A stretch of DNA of 64,000 nucleotides from an uncultured Sphingomonas sp. (GCF_913778135.1 NZ_CAJYVU010000046.1:3928-67927), one strand, 5' to 3'; numbered from the stretch's first letter, positions 29,323 to 39,529 are shown. Translations and numbers: made by a program. The notes: generated from the sequence alone by a model not told the origin.

Positions 29323-31542
29323 ATGAGTAAGAACTCCATCAATGGCGCCATTGGAGCCACGTTCATCACAGGTGCTGGTGAAAAGCTTCTTGTTGAGCGC
29401 GAGCTCGGCGACGGACATCTTTACGTCATAACGGTACCCGGTGGCGCTCTCTACCGGACACAGGACCAAACGACTGGCGATCTTCTGCTGCCGGACACCA
29501 ACTGGCTTGAACGTGGCCTGTCAGACGGATCTTTGCGGCTTTATAACGCGAATAATAGCGGCATCGCACCCGAGCGCAAGCTCGCTAAGGTCTTCGACCG
29601 TGACGCCATCCTCACGCTTGATCCGTACGCTGAGGCGCGCCTAGCTGTCATCTCAACGCTCATCGAACGCGGCATCTCCTCGGCTGGTCCGCGACTTGAA
29701 GCCGAGATCAGGAGGGCTTGGACCGATGATCTTGAAAAGAAGCATGGCCCGTGTCCTGAGGTCGGAACCGTTCGGACTTGGTTTGGCCGGTGCCGCGGCG
29801 ACTCCTGCGATCTTGCTGATATGCTCAGCATGTCAGGACGCGTCCCGCGCGCGAACCGTCTTGCTCCGGCCGTCGAGACAATCATCGAAGCTGCTCGCAA
29901 CCGCTTCTGGAGAAGTCGCGGATGGAAGATCATCGACGTTCAGGCCGAGGTTAGCTCGGAGATTTGCAACGCGAATCGGCAACGTCTTCTCGTCGGCGAG
30001 CCCCCGCTCAGGATTCCTGGGAAGGAGACAATTCGCCGCCGGGTGAACGAGCTGCTCTGCCGAGATACTTACGCCGACAAGTACGGCGAGCCAGCTGCGC
30101 GCCGCAAGTTCGACGGTTCGGGTAAAGGTATCTCCGCCTCTCGCATTCTTCAGGTCGCACTGATGGATGACACGGTCGTCGACCTCGTCACAGTCCTGGA
30201 CATGGATCGCGGCCTGATCGCGGGCCGTCCCTACCTGAATGTTCTGATGGATGTGCACTCACGGTGCATTCTCGCCGTCACCGTCAGCTTCCAACCACCT
30301 ACGGTCGACAAAGCAGCGGAGTGCATACGTATCGCGCTGAACTGCGTTCGTGAAGGAAATCGACCCAAGGTCAACCTGCGCCCGGAATGGCTCCAGCAGC
30401 ACCCCGGTCTTGCAACAATAAATGGCAAGCCCGCCAAGGTCATCACTGACAACGGGTTCAACTACGTAGCGCCGGCCTTCACAGAAATGATGCTCGACCT
30501 CGGTATCATTCACGAGCTCGCGCCGGTGAAAGCGCCGCGTCACAAGGCGATGATCGAACGCTTCTTTCGCTCCTTCAACACCTTCCTGATCGACAAGCTT
30601 CCGGGCGCAACCCTCGATCCCAGCATTCTACGCAAGCTTGGTATCGATCCCACAAGTGAAGCAATCGTATCGATGTCCGAGTTAACGGAGCTGATCGAGC
30701 GCTTCGTCTACATCTATCATATCACCCACCATAGCGGAATCGATACCGCTCCGTTGCAAAAGTGGAGCGCCAGCATGGCTGTTCATGGACGAGACATGAT
30801 CTTGGACAACCGACAGATCGATATTGTTACCGGCATCACGGTACACAACAAGAGGATTACTGCCGGAGGTGGTGTACGAATGTTCGGCATGATCTGGAAA
30901 GGCGCCGGGCTTGACCGCGTTATCGAGGCACTTGCCGCGAAAGAGCCACACCGCAAACGTCTGGACGCCACCGCAGCCGTCACAACCAAGATCAAGTACA
31001 ACCCTGAGAATCTTCTTCACGTACTCGTCTACGTTGGCAACGACTGGATTGAGCTAGAGAATACTCAGCCAGACTACGCCGCTAACCTGTCACTGTGGCA
31101 TCATCGCCAAATCCGCGCTTGGTCCAAGAGCCAGTCTCTAGCGTTTGCGAGCGATGCCGATCGGCTGGCTGCCCGCCACTCGCTCAATCTGGCGATCCGT
31201 GATGCGTTTCCCGAGATGCCCGCGCGCGAACGCCGCGCCGCAGCACGCCTGCTTGGGTCGCGTAGCAAGGCCGAACCCGCCCACGCAGTTGATTTTGCCG
31301 ATGCGCCGCCGCGCCACGACGGAATGGCTTCCATCATCCATCACGACGTACCGGCGAACACCCGTAGAGATGCTCACCGAGCGATGAGCCGCCCGATCAA
31401 GAGTGATGACGTTTCCGTGCATTTTGACGAGGATGAAAGCGGCAACGCGGATAACGAAGCTCCGCTTCTCAAACCCAGCATCCCGCTCGTTGAGCTTTCG
31501 GACTTCGACGCGGATGATCTTGACGATGAGGAGTATCGTTGA
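29323..31542 (+). CDS. tnsB: TnsB-like DDE (Mu-type) transposase
   Basis: LMDDT (D), MDVHSRCIL, ITDNG (D), PRHKAMIERFF (E). Confidence 0.9.
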   Translation: MSKNSINGAIGATFITGAGEKLLVERELGDGHLYVITVPGGALYRTQDQTTGDLLLPDTNWLERGLSDGSLRLYNANNSGIAPERKLAKVFDRDAILTLDPYAEARLAVISTLIERGISSAGPRLEAEIRRAWTDDLEKKHGPCPEVGTVRTWFGRCRGDSCDLADMLSMSGRVPRANRLAPAVETIIEAARNRFWRSRGWKIIDVQAEVSSEICNANRQRLLVGEPPLRIPGKETIRRRVNELLCRDTYADKYGEPAARRKFDGSGKGISASRILQVALMDDTVVDLVTVLDMDRGLIAGRPYLNVLMDVHSRCILAVTVSFQPPTVDKAAECIRIALNCVREGNRPKVNLRPEWLQQHPGLATINGKPAKVITDNGFNYVAPAFTEMMLDLGIIHELAPVKAPRHKAMIERFFRSFNTFLIDKLPGATLDPSILRKLGIDPTSEAIVSMSELTELIERFVYIYHITHHSGIDTAPLQKWSASMAVHGRDMILDNRQIDIVTGITVHNKRITAGGGVRMFGMIWKGAGLDRVIEALAAKEPHRKRLDATAAVTTKIKYNPENLLHVLVYVGNDWIELENTQPDYAANLSLWHHRQIRAWSKSQSLAFASDADRLAARHSLNLAIRDAFPEMPARERRAAARLLGSRSKAEPAHAVDFADAPPRHDGMASIIHHDVPANTRRDAHRAMSRPIKSDDVSVHFDEDESGNADNEAPLLKPSIPLVELSDFDADDLDDEEYR

Positions 31543-32525
31543 TGTCGAACAGGCTCAGAACCGTGGTTTTCAGCCCCTCCGAGCTGCTTCCACAGACGGG
31601 CAGCCCTCAACCGGATGTAAAACCCCGAAAGTTGGTCGCTCTCGCTTCGCGCGATCAGATAATACGGTCGATCTATATTCAAAATCCGAACCACACGCCC
31701 GTCTTTAAATCCCTTGACCTGGTTCTTAGCCTCGGTGTCAAAGGTGTTTTTCAGACTGGTGTTCGGAACGCCGCACCAAGTTTCGCAGGGAAGAGCGCGT
31801 CTGCGGATGAGTTCGCGCGGATCGTAGAACGGCGCGAGACTTACCCCAAGGAGACCAGCCCAGTTGTCCGGGTGGAGCTCGAGCAGGCATGCACGTCAAG
31901 GCGCTTCTGGTCGACAATCCTCGGAAAGTATGGCGACGGCTTCACGGCTTCGAAGGACGAGGAAGGATTGCGTCGCAGCACCTACGATGCCTTTGAGCGT
32001 CACGGGACGAAGCTGCTGATCATCGACGAGGTGCAACACGCCGGATACCGATCCAAGGGTTCCTCCGCACCGACCGACGTTATCAAGCGCTTCATCTCCG
32101 ATGCACAGGTTGGCGTCGGGCTGTTCGGCAACGAGCAAACGCTCGAGCTTCTCCAATCCAATAATCAACTGAGCCACCGGTTGCAGGAACCATGCGACAT
32201 CAAGCCGCTCGACATCACTGAGCCATCCGCCTTGCCGAGATTTGGAAAGTTCCTTGCCGACTACGACGATGCCCTGATTGCAAACAAGCTCTTCACGACC
32301 AGCCTGCCTCTTCGCGATGCACGGGTTGCGGGTTGCCTGATGACTATCGCTAGTGGCTTTCTCGGCAGAGTTGTCACGCTGCTGCAGATTGCAGGGCGGC
32401 GAGCTTTCCTGCGCGGCGCGACTTCGATCGAGTTGCACGACCTTTCGCATGCCTCTACGTCGTGGGCGGTCCAGCAACGGCTAACGCCGCACGACCCTTT
32501 TCGGTTCGGCATTGCAGGTGGCTAA
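31539..32525 (+). CDS. tnsC: TnsC/TniB-like AAA+ ATPase
   Basis: Walker A APSFAGKS, Walker B LLIIDEVQH, QLSHR; ATGA overlap with tnsB. Confidence 0.88.
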   Translation: MMSNRLRTVVFSPSELLPQTGSPQPDVKPRKLVALASRDQIIRSIYIQNPNHTPVFKSLDLVLSLGVKGVFQTGVRNAAPSFAGKSASADEFARIVERRETYPKETSPVVRVELEQACTSRRFWSTILGKYGDGFTASKDEEGLRRSTYDAFERHGTKLLIIDEVQHAGYRSKGSSAPTDVIKRFISDAQVGVGLFGNEQTLELLQSNNQLSHRLQEPCDIKPLDITEPSALPRFGKFLADYDDALIANKLFTTSLPLRDARVAGCLMTIASGFLGRVVTLLQIAGRRAFLRGATSIELHDLSHASTSWAVQQRLTPHDPFRFGIAGG

Positions 32526-34479
32526 GGCCATAGTGGATGGTAAGGTGAACGCTGGCGACTCGCCCGAGACTGGTACTCGGTGCGATTCTCAAGGCGATAA
32601 CTGTCACTGCGCCAAGTGCAGCGGATCATCGCCAGACAGGTCTACGCCCCGCGTTCTGACGAGTGTCAGCCCGATGCCAGGCGAGAGCCTGATCGGGCTT
32701 ATTGCTCGCACATCAAGAGCGAACTGGCTTTCAAATCTCCGTCCGATCCTGGCAGCCGCAAAGGTTGAACGACACGCCTACTACAACCTTGCGGCGCGAG
32801 AAAAACTCGACGCGGCTCAGCTTGCGTTTACATGTCGCCTTCCTCTGCAGTCGATCGAGGAGCGGCGCTATCTTTCTGACAAAAATGCACTGGAAGTGTA
32901 TGGTGTCGGCTTTCACGGCGCGACAATACCCGCGTACGATCTCCAACTTCGCGCATGCAGAGTGACACCCTCATGGCTTCGAATGGGCTATCATTCCGCA
33001 TTTGGTCATCACGCGCTTGCTACTCACTGCCCAGTGTCCGATGAACTTTTCATCGACTCATGTCCGCGCTGCGGCTTAAAACTTAACTGGACACGATCTG
33101 CTATCCACACCTGTCATCGGTGTCAGCTTGATATTACAGAGCATCGGGGCGAAGTCGTTTCACGGGAACTGGCTAACGCAACGCGGCTGATGCTTGACCT
33201 TATTCATCCAAATGCAGATAGACATAAGGTTGCCCTTCAAACTCTCCCGCCGCTTTTGCGGAACCTAAATCGCGGAGTAGTTTTTGAGATTGGCTGGCGG
33301 ATGGGGTGCATCTTGACCGGCACCCGGTCTTATAATCGCATGAATGCTAAACGACTTGCAGTACCAACTCGCCTCAAGATCCTCAGCGCTGGATCAAAGG
33401 CTATTGCAACTTGGCCATGTAGCCTACGCGACATGCTTCAAGATTTTAGCCGGGAGGCGAAGAGCCAAACCAAAGTGTCCGCAGGTTCGTTTCGCCGCTT
33501 ACTGCCCCTCGCAAAGGCTTGGCCTGATCTAACGGCAGCTTTCTATACTGCGGCGCCCGCGTTGAAAGGGGGACCTCGTGGCTTTGTAAAAGCGAGCTTA
33601 TCGAATGGCGTCAACGCGACTGAGCTCGAGAGCACCCTCGGCATCAGTCAGAGGCTGGTGCAGCGGCTTCGAAATAAAGAACTGACTCCCGCTATCTCAA
33701 CGGGCAGCATTAGATCTCATCAAATCTTCGAAGGCGCCAAGCTTGAGCAATTACGATCACTTCTTGACGACAGCATCTCGGTCGGTGCTATTTCCGAACG
33801 TATGGGCATTAGCAGACATGGCGTCGAGCAGCTGGCCTGCCTCGGCAGGATCCAAGTATTCGACAGCGGCCCGGTAAGCCACGCACACGTTCGGCGCCAA
33901 GCGTGTAAATCTGACTTCGATCAGCTCGTCGCTCAACTCTCGGCGGCTTCTAGCGTCTTGAATGATGTGGATTGCGTACCGATCCAGTACGCAATGCGTG
34001 CAATCGGTGGACGTGAAAAACCGTGGGGACCAGTTATCGTGGCGCTGCTGAATGGCGACATAGCGTTCACGCTCACCGATGGTAAAGGCCGCCTACTTGA
34101 GAGAGTCTACATACCTCTCGATTATTTTGACGATATTTGTAACAGCTGGTTTGATCGCACGAAATACCCGTCGTTTTCTTTTGAAGAACAGATCAACTGG
34201 CGAGATACTGAAGAGCTCTTAAATATTTTTCCAAAAGCAAAACCTATCGCGTTGAGTCAAGGTGTGATACCATTGCCGGTTGCGGGAGCTAATGAGCGAG
34301 TTTCTATTCTAGATCTAGCTCAAAGGAACATTTCAGAAAGCGAGATCCTAGCGCGGTGGAATCGATCAAATCGACGGCTTCCCTCTCCTTTAAAAGGAAG
34401 AAACCGGATTCCGAAACTTAGCGCCCTCGGATGGGATCGAGAGGTAGTGGAATTGGCGATGGCGAAGCTCGGTACCTGA
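32518..34479 (+). CDS. tniQ: TniQ/TnsD-like target selector (long form)
   Basis: PMPGESLIGLIAR, zinc-finger cluster HCP...CPRCG...CHRC, long C-terminal extension. Confidence 0.85.
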   Translation: MAKAIVDGKVNAGDSPETGTRCDSQGDNCHCAKCSGSSPDRSTPRVLTSVSPMPGESLIGLIARTSRANWLSNLRPILAAAKVERHAYYNLAAREKLDAAQLAFTCRLPLQSIEERRYLSDKNALEVYGVGFHGATIPAYDLQLRACRVTPSWLRMGYHSAFGHHALATHCPVSDELFIDSCPRCGLKLNWTRSAIHTCHRCQLDITEHRGEVVSRELANATRLMLDLIHPNADRHKVALQTLPPLLRNLNRGVVFEIGWRMGCILTGTRSYNRMNAKRLAVPTRLKILSAGSKAIATWPCSLRDMLQDFSREAKSQTKVSAGSFRRLLPLAKAWPDLTAAFYTAAPALKGGPRGFVKASLSNGVNATELESTLGISQRLVQRLRNKELTPAISTGSIRSHQIFEGAKLEQLRSLLDDSISVGAISERMGISRHGVEQLACLGRIQVFDSGPVSHAHVRRQACKSDFDQLVAQLSAASSVLNDVDCVPIQYAMRAIGGREKPWGPVIVALLNGDIAFTLTDGKGRLLERVYIPLDYFDDICNSWFDRTKYPSFSFEEQINWRDTEELLNIFPKAKPIALSQGVIPLPVAGANERVSILDLAQRNISESEILARWNRSNRRLPSPLKGRNRIPKLSALGWDREVVELAMAKLGT

Positions 34480-34604
34480 GACCCGATCGGAAACAGACCA
34501 TGTAATAGACCGCTATGATTGCTGTTTCGCCTCCCTCATCTCCGCCGTCACCCTACCACCGACCTCCTGGCTGCAGGTGCTTAACCTGACCGATCTTGCC
34601 CTTT

Positions 34605-34619
34605 GTTCACTTTGTGTTC
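34605..34619 (+). promoter_or_regulatory. Alphaproteobacterial LexA (SOS) box
   Basis: TTTGTTC-ACTTTGT-GTTCT about 50 bp upstream of ATG 34672. Confidence 0.8.
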
Positions 34620-34671
34620 TACGCGGAGGCTCTGTTGATTCGCGGTGAAGCGACAGCGATGGAGCTTTCGA

Positions 34672-34875
34672 ATGGAGCACGATCTCCAACTGCGTGCAGC
34701 TGCACGCGCGATCTACGACGCCTGCTACCCGTCCGAGGACTGGGCACCGATCGGCTTCGATGAGGCTGAGCGATACGCAACCGTGCACTACAGGCAGGCG
34801 GTTGGTGCAGCCCAGCAAGCTCGCGTGGTCTTGGCCAGCCGCGGTGAACAGCTGACTCCGCCAACCCTCGTCTGA
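34672..34875 (+). CDS. Small hypothetical protein
   Basis: GGAG RBS; MEHDLQLRAAARAIYDACYP... Confidence 0.6.
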   Translation: MEHDLQLRAAARAIYDACYPSEDWAPIGFDEAERYATVHYRQAVGAAQQARVVLASRGEQLTPPTLV

Positions 34876-34884
34876 TCAGTCGGT

Positions 34885-35403
34885 GTGGTTGGCGATCCCA
34901 AGAACCTGTCGGACCTGCACCGGATAGAAGCGCAGGTGAAGGTCACCTGCACCAGTTGCAGGGCAACCGAGGTTTGGGAGCTGGATGCGCTGATCACCGA
35001 AGTGCGGAAGAACGGCGGCAACACGGATTGGCACACCGCGCGCTATGCAGTGAAATGCCCGCGCCGCTGCGCGTCACCGATCATCAAGCTGCTTCCGATA
35101 CCGTTTGGCCGTGAGCGCGCGCGAAAGCAGGCTCACCGACACGCTCTGATCAACCTGTCATTGCAGATACTGCGAGAGGCGGCGGCGCGATCGGCAACCG
35201 AGGCTGTGGGGACGATTGAGGTAAGGCTAGCCCTGCACGTGCTGCGCCCGTTCGTTCGCGATCAGCATCTGCTGAACGCCTTCTGGCGCTCTGCCATTGT
35301 TCAGCCGCGCCACCCTTGGACGAGCTGTCAGCTACCCTATCGTCATGTCGCACAGCGCCTCATGGATGCCGGTCATTCGGTGGATGAAGCCAACCAGCCG
35401 TGA
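34885..35403 (+). CDS. Hypothetical protein with possible zinc site
   Basis: CTSC...CPRRC cysteine pairs; 9 bp after the previous gene. Confidence 0.65.
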   Translation: MVGDPKNLSDLHRIEAQVKVTCTSCRATEVWELDALITEVRKNGGNTDWHTARYAVKCPRRCASPIIKLLPIPFGRERARKQAHRHALINLSLQILREAAARSATEAVGTIEVRLALHVLRPFVRDQHLLNAFWRSAIVQPRHPWTSCQLPYRHVAQRLMDAGHSVDEANQP

Positions 35404-35439
35404 GTCGACCTGTCCGCGGCGGCATGGCACCATCAACGC

Positions 35440-36099
35440 ATGTGCAACCGCTACCGCATGACTGCCAAACAGGCCGAGCTTGCCTCACGCTACGGTGTGG
35501 AGGCGCCCTACCCCGAAGATGCCGACTTCCCACCGTCTGAGCTGTTTCCCGACCGCCTCGCGTGGGTGGCACGTCGAGGCGAGGACGGCCGCGTGCTGGA
35601 CACCATGAAGTGGGGCTTCCCACGCAAAGTGCCGGGCAAGAAGATCGACAAGGCGACCGGAAAGCCCCTGCTGCTCGACACCAAGGTGACGAACGTGCGC
35701 AACTACACGTCGCCCTTCTGGAAGTCGGCGCTAGCGAATCCCGAACGGCGCTGCCTCGTCCCGTTCACGGCATTCAGCGAGTATGGACCGGGCCCGGCTG
35801 GTAAGCGGCCACTCTACTGGTTCGATGTGCCCAGCCGCCCGATCGTCAGCTTCGCGGGCGTGTGGCGTCCCGTCGATGAAGGAGCGGTATTCGCCTTCCT
35901 GACCACCGAGCCGAACCCGCTTGTCGCACCGATCCACCCAAAAGCCATGCCGGTGTTGCTCGACGAGCAGGACGAGGAACGGTGGCTCACCTGTTCGTTC
36001 GACGAAGCGGTCGCCCTTGCCCGCCCCTTCCCCTCCCAGCTGATGTCCGTGCGACTGGCGCCTAACGCCAGCCCGACGGCGGAGCCGGAGCTGTTCTAG
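35440..36099 (+). CDS. SOS response-associated peptidase (SRAP/YedK/HMCES-like)
   Basis: MCNRY with catalytic Cys2, KWGF, TNVRN, CLVPFTAFSEY, FAGVW, IHPKAMPVLL. Confidence 0.92.
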   Translation: MCNRYRMTAKQAELASRYGVEAPYPEDADFPPSELFPDRLAWVARRGEDGRVLDTMKWGFPRKVPGKKIDKATGKPLLLDTKVTNVRNYTSPFWKSALANPERRCLVPFTAFSEYGPGPAGKRPLYWFDVPSRPIVSFAGVWRPVDEGAVFAFLTTEPNPLVAPIHPKAMPVLLDEQDEERWLTCSFDEAVALARPFPSQLMSVRLAPNASPTAEPELF

Positions 36100-36117
36100 G
36101 TTGCTGAGCGCTCCCGA

Positions 36118-36312
36118 TCACTGAACTGTATCAGATCCCGTATACGACACACCCAAGTCACGACGCCGAAGTCGCTCCAAGGCGGAGTCGAGGTAGGGAG
36201 CAGCGTTCGTCTCACCGACGCTGTCAAGCAGATCGAGGGCTTGCGACATGTGTGCGATAGCCTCGTCAATAATCGCCTTCTTTGTCACACCGCCTTCGAC
36301 CCAACGCAGCAA
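36118..36312 (-). CDS. Small hypothetical protein
   Basis: 64 aa helical ORF, no motif. Confidence 0.35.
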   Translation of the reverse strand: MLRWVEGGVTKKAIIDEAIAHMSQALDLLDSVGETNAAPYLDSALERLRRRDLGVSYTGSDTVQ

Positions 36313-36424
36313 CCCACCGGAGTGCTAAGGCTTACAACTTAGTCTAAGTTAAGTGACTGCACGCTGACTCTCACGCATTGATGATCCAGTTTGGCACAAT
36401 TCGGATCATTAATTGAGGTGAGTT

Positions 36425-36943
36425 GTGCCGCAGCTGCCTTTCGGTCTGACGGAGAAGGAAGCCGAGGTTCTGCGCCTTGTGGATCGAACCCGCACGACGG
36501 GTGAGATCGCATCCATCGTCGGCCGTTCCACATCGACCGTCGATCACCAGATCAAGAGCGCGCGACGGCGTCTGGGAAGCCTAAACCGCTACCATGCCGC
36601 TGATCGGTTCCGTCAGGCCGAACATAGCCAACGTGCGTCTAGACCCACGGCGTCGATACCACCGGAAGCCCAAAGACTGGATGTCGATGGAGCTGCGAGT
36701 GATCGTGTCGAGCCAAGCGAACCTCTAGCCAGCGTGCGCGAGGAAAGAGCTGAATACGATGCGCCCATCCCGGCATACTCGATGGAGAATGTCGATGATC
36801 CCACCGGATTGAACACCAGCCCGCTCGTCACGATCCTGCTGATAGTGGCTATCGCCGCTGCCATGATGATCGTCGTCCTAGCCATACCCGCACTGGTCAG
36901 CAGCGCCGACCAGCTAACCCAGCTTATCCACTCTCGAACGTAG
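36425..36943 (+). CDS. LuxR-type HTH regulator with C-terminal TM helix
   Basis: LTEKEAEVLRL...EIASIVGRSTSTVDHQIKSARRRLG; hydrophobic C-terminus. Confidence 0.75.
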   Translation: MPQLPFGLTEKEAEVLRLVDRTRTTGEIASIVGRSTSTVDHQIKSARRRLGSLNRYHAADRFRQAEHSQRASRPTASIPPEAQRLDVDGAASDRVEPSEPLASVREERAEYDAPIPAYSMENVDDPTGLNTSPLVTILLIVAIAAAMMIVVLAIPALVSSADQLTQLIHSRT

Positions 36944-36978
36944 ACCTGGATCTCCACCGATCCGGGTGGAGGACACAC

Positions 36979-37325
36979 ATGCCCGTTGATCTTCGCTCTG
37001 CCGTTGCCGCGCGAAAAGTCGTCGGCGACCAAGTCGCACACAGCCTGATCCGCTGGAACAGAGCGCACACCAAACCGCGCTTCAAGCGTCCATGTTCATG
37101 AGCCTCGTCCTTGAGGCGCATGCCCAAGCAGCGATCCCGGAAGAGGATGGCATGGCGATCGTCTCGATCTTGTCCGAAGCATCCCACCATGCGGCGCAGA
37201 GCCGAGCGCGCATCGGCCAGGCACATGCCGCGATGCGCCGACTGGCTGACAAGCACGGGATCGTCTTTGCGGGTCCGCCGAACTGCCCCGAGCCCGACTT
37301 CGCCCGCACATTCACCGGAGCATAG
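36979..37325 (+). pseudogene. Helical hypothetical gene interrupted by a probable 1-bp frameshift near 37050
   Basis: GGAGG RBS and ATG 36979 in one frame; coding continues in the 37092-37325 frame; adding one C at ATCCGCTG joins them into about 115 aa. Confidence 0.55.
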
Positions 37326-37350
37326 GAAAGGTTGACCGGACTGCCCCCCT

Positions 37351-37806
37351 GTGGTCCGGTCAGACATGCCGGTATGGACGATCCTCTATTCCGTTGCCTT
37401 CTGGCCCTGCCTGTTCGCGGTGGGCGCCGCCTGCTTGCTCTGGGGCACTCGCTCGCAGCAGTGCGTGGCGCTGACCCTTGTGGTCGGCTTGACGCTAGGG
37501 CAGCTCAGTCTCTCGACGATCGACTATCATGGCCTGGAACGCAGGCTTGCGATGATCGACGTGATCATACTGTGTCTTCTAGTCGCGTGCGCGATGTGGA
37601 AGCCGCGCCTTCCTTTGATCTTCGTGGCCGCCTTCCAGCTCTTGGCTGTCATGGGACACCTGGCGAGGATCATCGATCCTCGGATGGATCGACTGACCTA
37701 CGCGGTCCTCACCGGCGCTACGGCTTACTGCCTTCTAGCTTCGCTGATTACCGATTTGACGCTAACTACCCTGCGCCACCGATCGCAAGCGCGCCGCCAT
37801 GCTTGA
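37351..37806 (+). CDS. Integral membrane hypothetical protein
   Basis: 4-5 hydrophobic segments. Confidence 0.65.
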   Translation: MVRSDMPVWTILYSVAFWPCLFAVGAACLLWGTRSQQCVALTLVVGLTLGQLSLSTIDYHGLERRLAMIDVIILCLLVACAMWKPRLPLIFVAAFQLLAVMGHLARIIDPRMDRLTYAVLTGATAYCLLASLITDLTLTTLRHRSQARRHA

Positions 37807-38029
37807 GACTAGCCCGGCGCTATACCGGGACGCATCTCAGAGCGGCCGAGGGTCTGATCGATGATCTTCGCTGGAACCGCACCACACCGTCGATTGAAAT
37901 TGCAGAATTCGTCGGTCACGCGTTCGGCCTCTGGTCTTTCCCAGATCAAGATGATGTCGACTTCGCTCTGCCTACCTACGACAAGAGCATCTACGAAGGC
38001 TGGGTCGCACATTTCAGCAGGCCGCAACC

Positions 38030-38365
38030 ATGAGGCTTGCGCATGCTCATCAGGTGCAATCCGAGCGAACCGCCCTTGGCAAGTCGGCGGACGTGATCCG
38101 CGACGTCATGAGCAGATGGGAGCGGCTCGACGAAGATCGCCCGGCTCACCGGTGGAGGGCACGACGCGAGATCGCGCTTACGATCGAGAGTCTGATCGCC
38201 GTGCTCGACCGGCTCACACCCGACTGCGACCTGGAGGATGAGCCCCAAGAAGCAGATGGCGACGAGGGTGATAACGCATGGCCGGAGTTGAGCGCCAGCC
38301 CATCAGACGAACGCGTGCAAGCGGTATCCCTCGAGTCCACACGGTGCCGCTCTACTGTTCCTTAA
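38030..38365 (+). CDS. Hypothetical protein
   Basis: IESLIAVLDRLTPDCDLED acidic motif; no function recognised. Confidence 0.45.
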   Translation: MRLAHAHQVQSERTALGKSADVIRDVMSRWERLDEDRPAHRWRARREIALTIESLIAVLDRLTPDCDLEDEPQEADGDEGDNAWPELSASPSDERVQAVSLESTRCRSTVP

Positions 38366-38402
38366 TGCCGGCATGGCATGGCTCTCTTCACGGGAGAGCA
38401 AG

Positions 38403-38771
38403 ATGTACAGCATCAAGATCGACAAGGCGAATAGCCTCGTGAACGTTGCACTGACCGGCATGATGGGACTGCCTGAAGTTGCAGCATACATAGCCGAATT
38501 GAAGCGGCAATTCGTTGCGCAGCGCCTTCACGATTACGCGATGGTGATCGATGTGACGGACATGCCTATCCAATCGCAGGATACGATCACCGCGATGGGC
38601 GAGCACATGGCGTCAATGCCGAAGGCGCGCGCGCTCGCCGTGGTCACGGGCAGATCGCTGGCGCGCATGCAGGTCCGGCGCCTGTTCAAACAACCATACT
38701 GCCGAGTAACGTCAACGGTGGCCGAGGGCGTAAGCTGGGTTCTGCGCGGCGTCGAACCAACCACGCAATGA
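38403..38771 (+). CDS. SpoIIAA/STAS-like hypothetical protein
   Basis: GGAG RBS; YAMVIDVTDMPIQSQD; alpha/beta pattern. Confidence 0.55.
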   Translation: MYSIKIDKANSLVNVALTGMMGLPEVAAYIAELKRQFVAQRLHDYAMVIDVTDMPIQSQDTITAMGEHMASMPKARALAVVTGRSLARMQVRRLFKQPYCRVTSTVAEGVSWVLRGVEPTTQ

Positions 38772-39150
38772 CAATCTTTCTACGATCACAACTCCGCGTC
38801 AGCCTTGGCGCCACATCCACCAGCAGAGCGCCAGCAGCATGACGCAGGTGACAGCCGCGGTGATGAGTATTCCGCGAAATGCCTCAACTCCTTCGTCCGA
38901 TGGTCCCAAGCTCATGGCTTGTGGTTAACGCCGCCTCGAGCGCTCTCAACCGGCCTTCCTTACAGATGTGAGAAATAGCGGTTGCTTGCGGCAGCGAGTG
39001 GGTCATTCTCTATCTGCGCAGGTCCGCCCCTCGGTCGTAGCGCAGCCGGTCGCCTCCCCGCGCTTCCAGCGTGCCCTACGGAAGCGGCCGGCACTCGACA
39101 GACCCATCGATGCATGAAACAGTGACTTTTCCGATCTGATGGAGGCTTGA

Positions 39151-39426
39151 ATGCGCAGTGCTCTAGTCGCCGTAGCTCTCTTAATCGTCGCCGCGGTGCC
39201 GGTGACGGCGCAAGTCCAGCGTAAGGCACCAGACCCACTCGCTCCACCACCGCTCGCAGCATTCAAGCTCTACAAAATGCAAATGCTGAAATTGCGCGAC
39301 GAGGCGCGCGCTCTACAGCAGGCGGACGGCGGAAAGCTGACGCCCGAGCACGACGCGGACATTCAGTGGCGCATCGATCGGACGACGGCTCTCTACCATC
39401 GTCGCCTCGATGGTCAGACGTTCTGA
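39151..39426 (+). CDS. Small secreted hypothetical protein
   Basis: Signal-peptide-like N-terminus, GGAGG RBS. Confidence 0.55.
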   Translation: MRSALVAVALLIVAAVPVTAQVQRKAPDPLAPPPLAAFKLYKMQMLKLRDEARALQQADGGKLTPEHDADIQWRIDRTTALYHRRLDGQTF

Positions 39427-39529
39427 TGTCGCATGCCGCCAACCAATTGACGCCCCCGCCTAATCCAAGCGGTAACAGTCGCGTGGGGTGAGCGTCACAT
39501 ACGCCCCGTCGTCAACTATCTTTGCAGAG

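Noticed and set aside
34500-34518. ATGTAATAGACCGCTA after tniQ resembles the left end
   Set aside because: Needs gaps to align and includes TSD bases; no matching partner or TSD; likely chance
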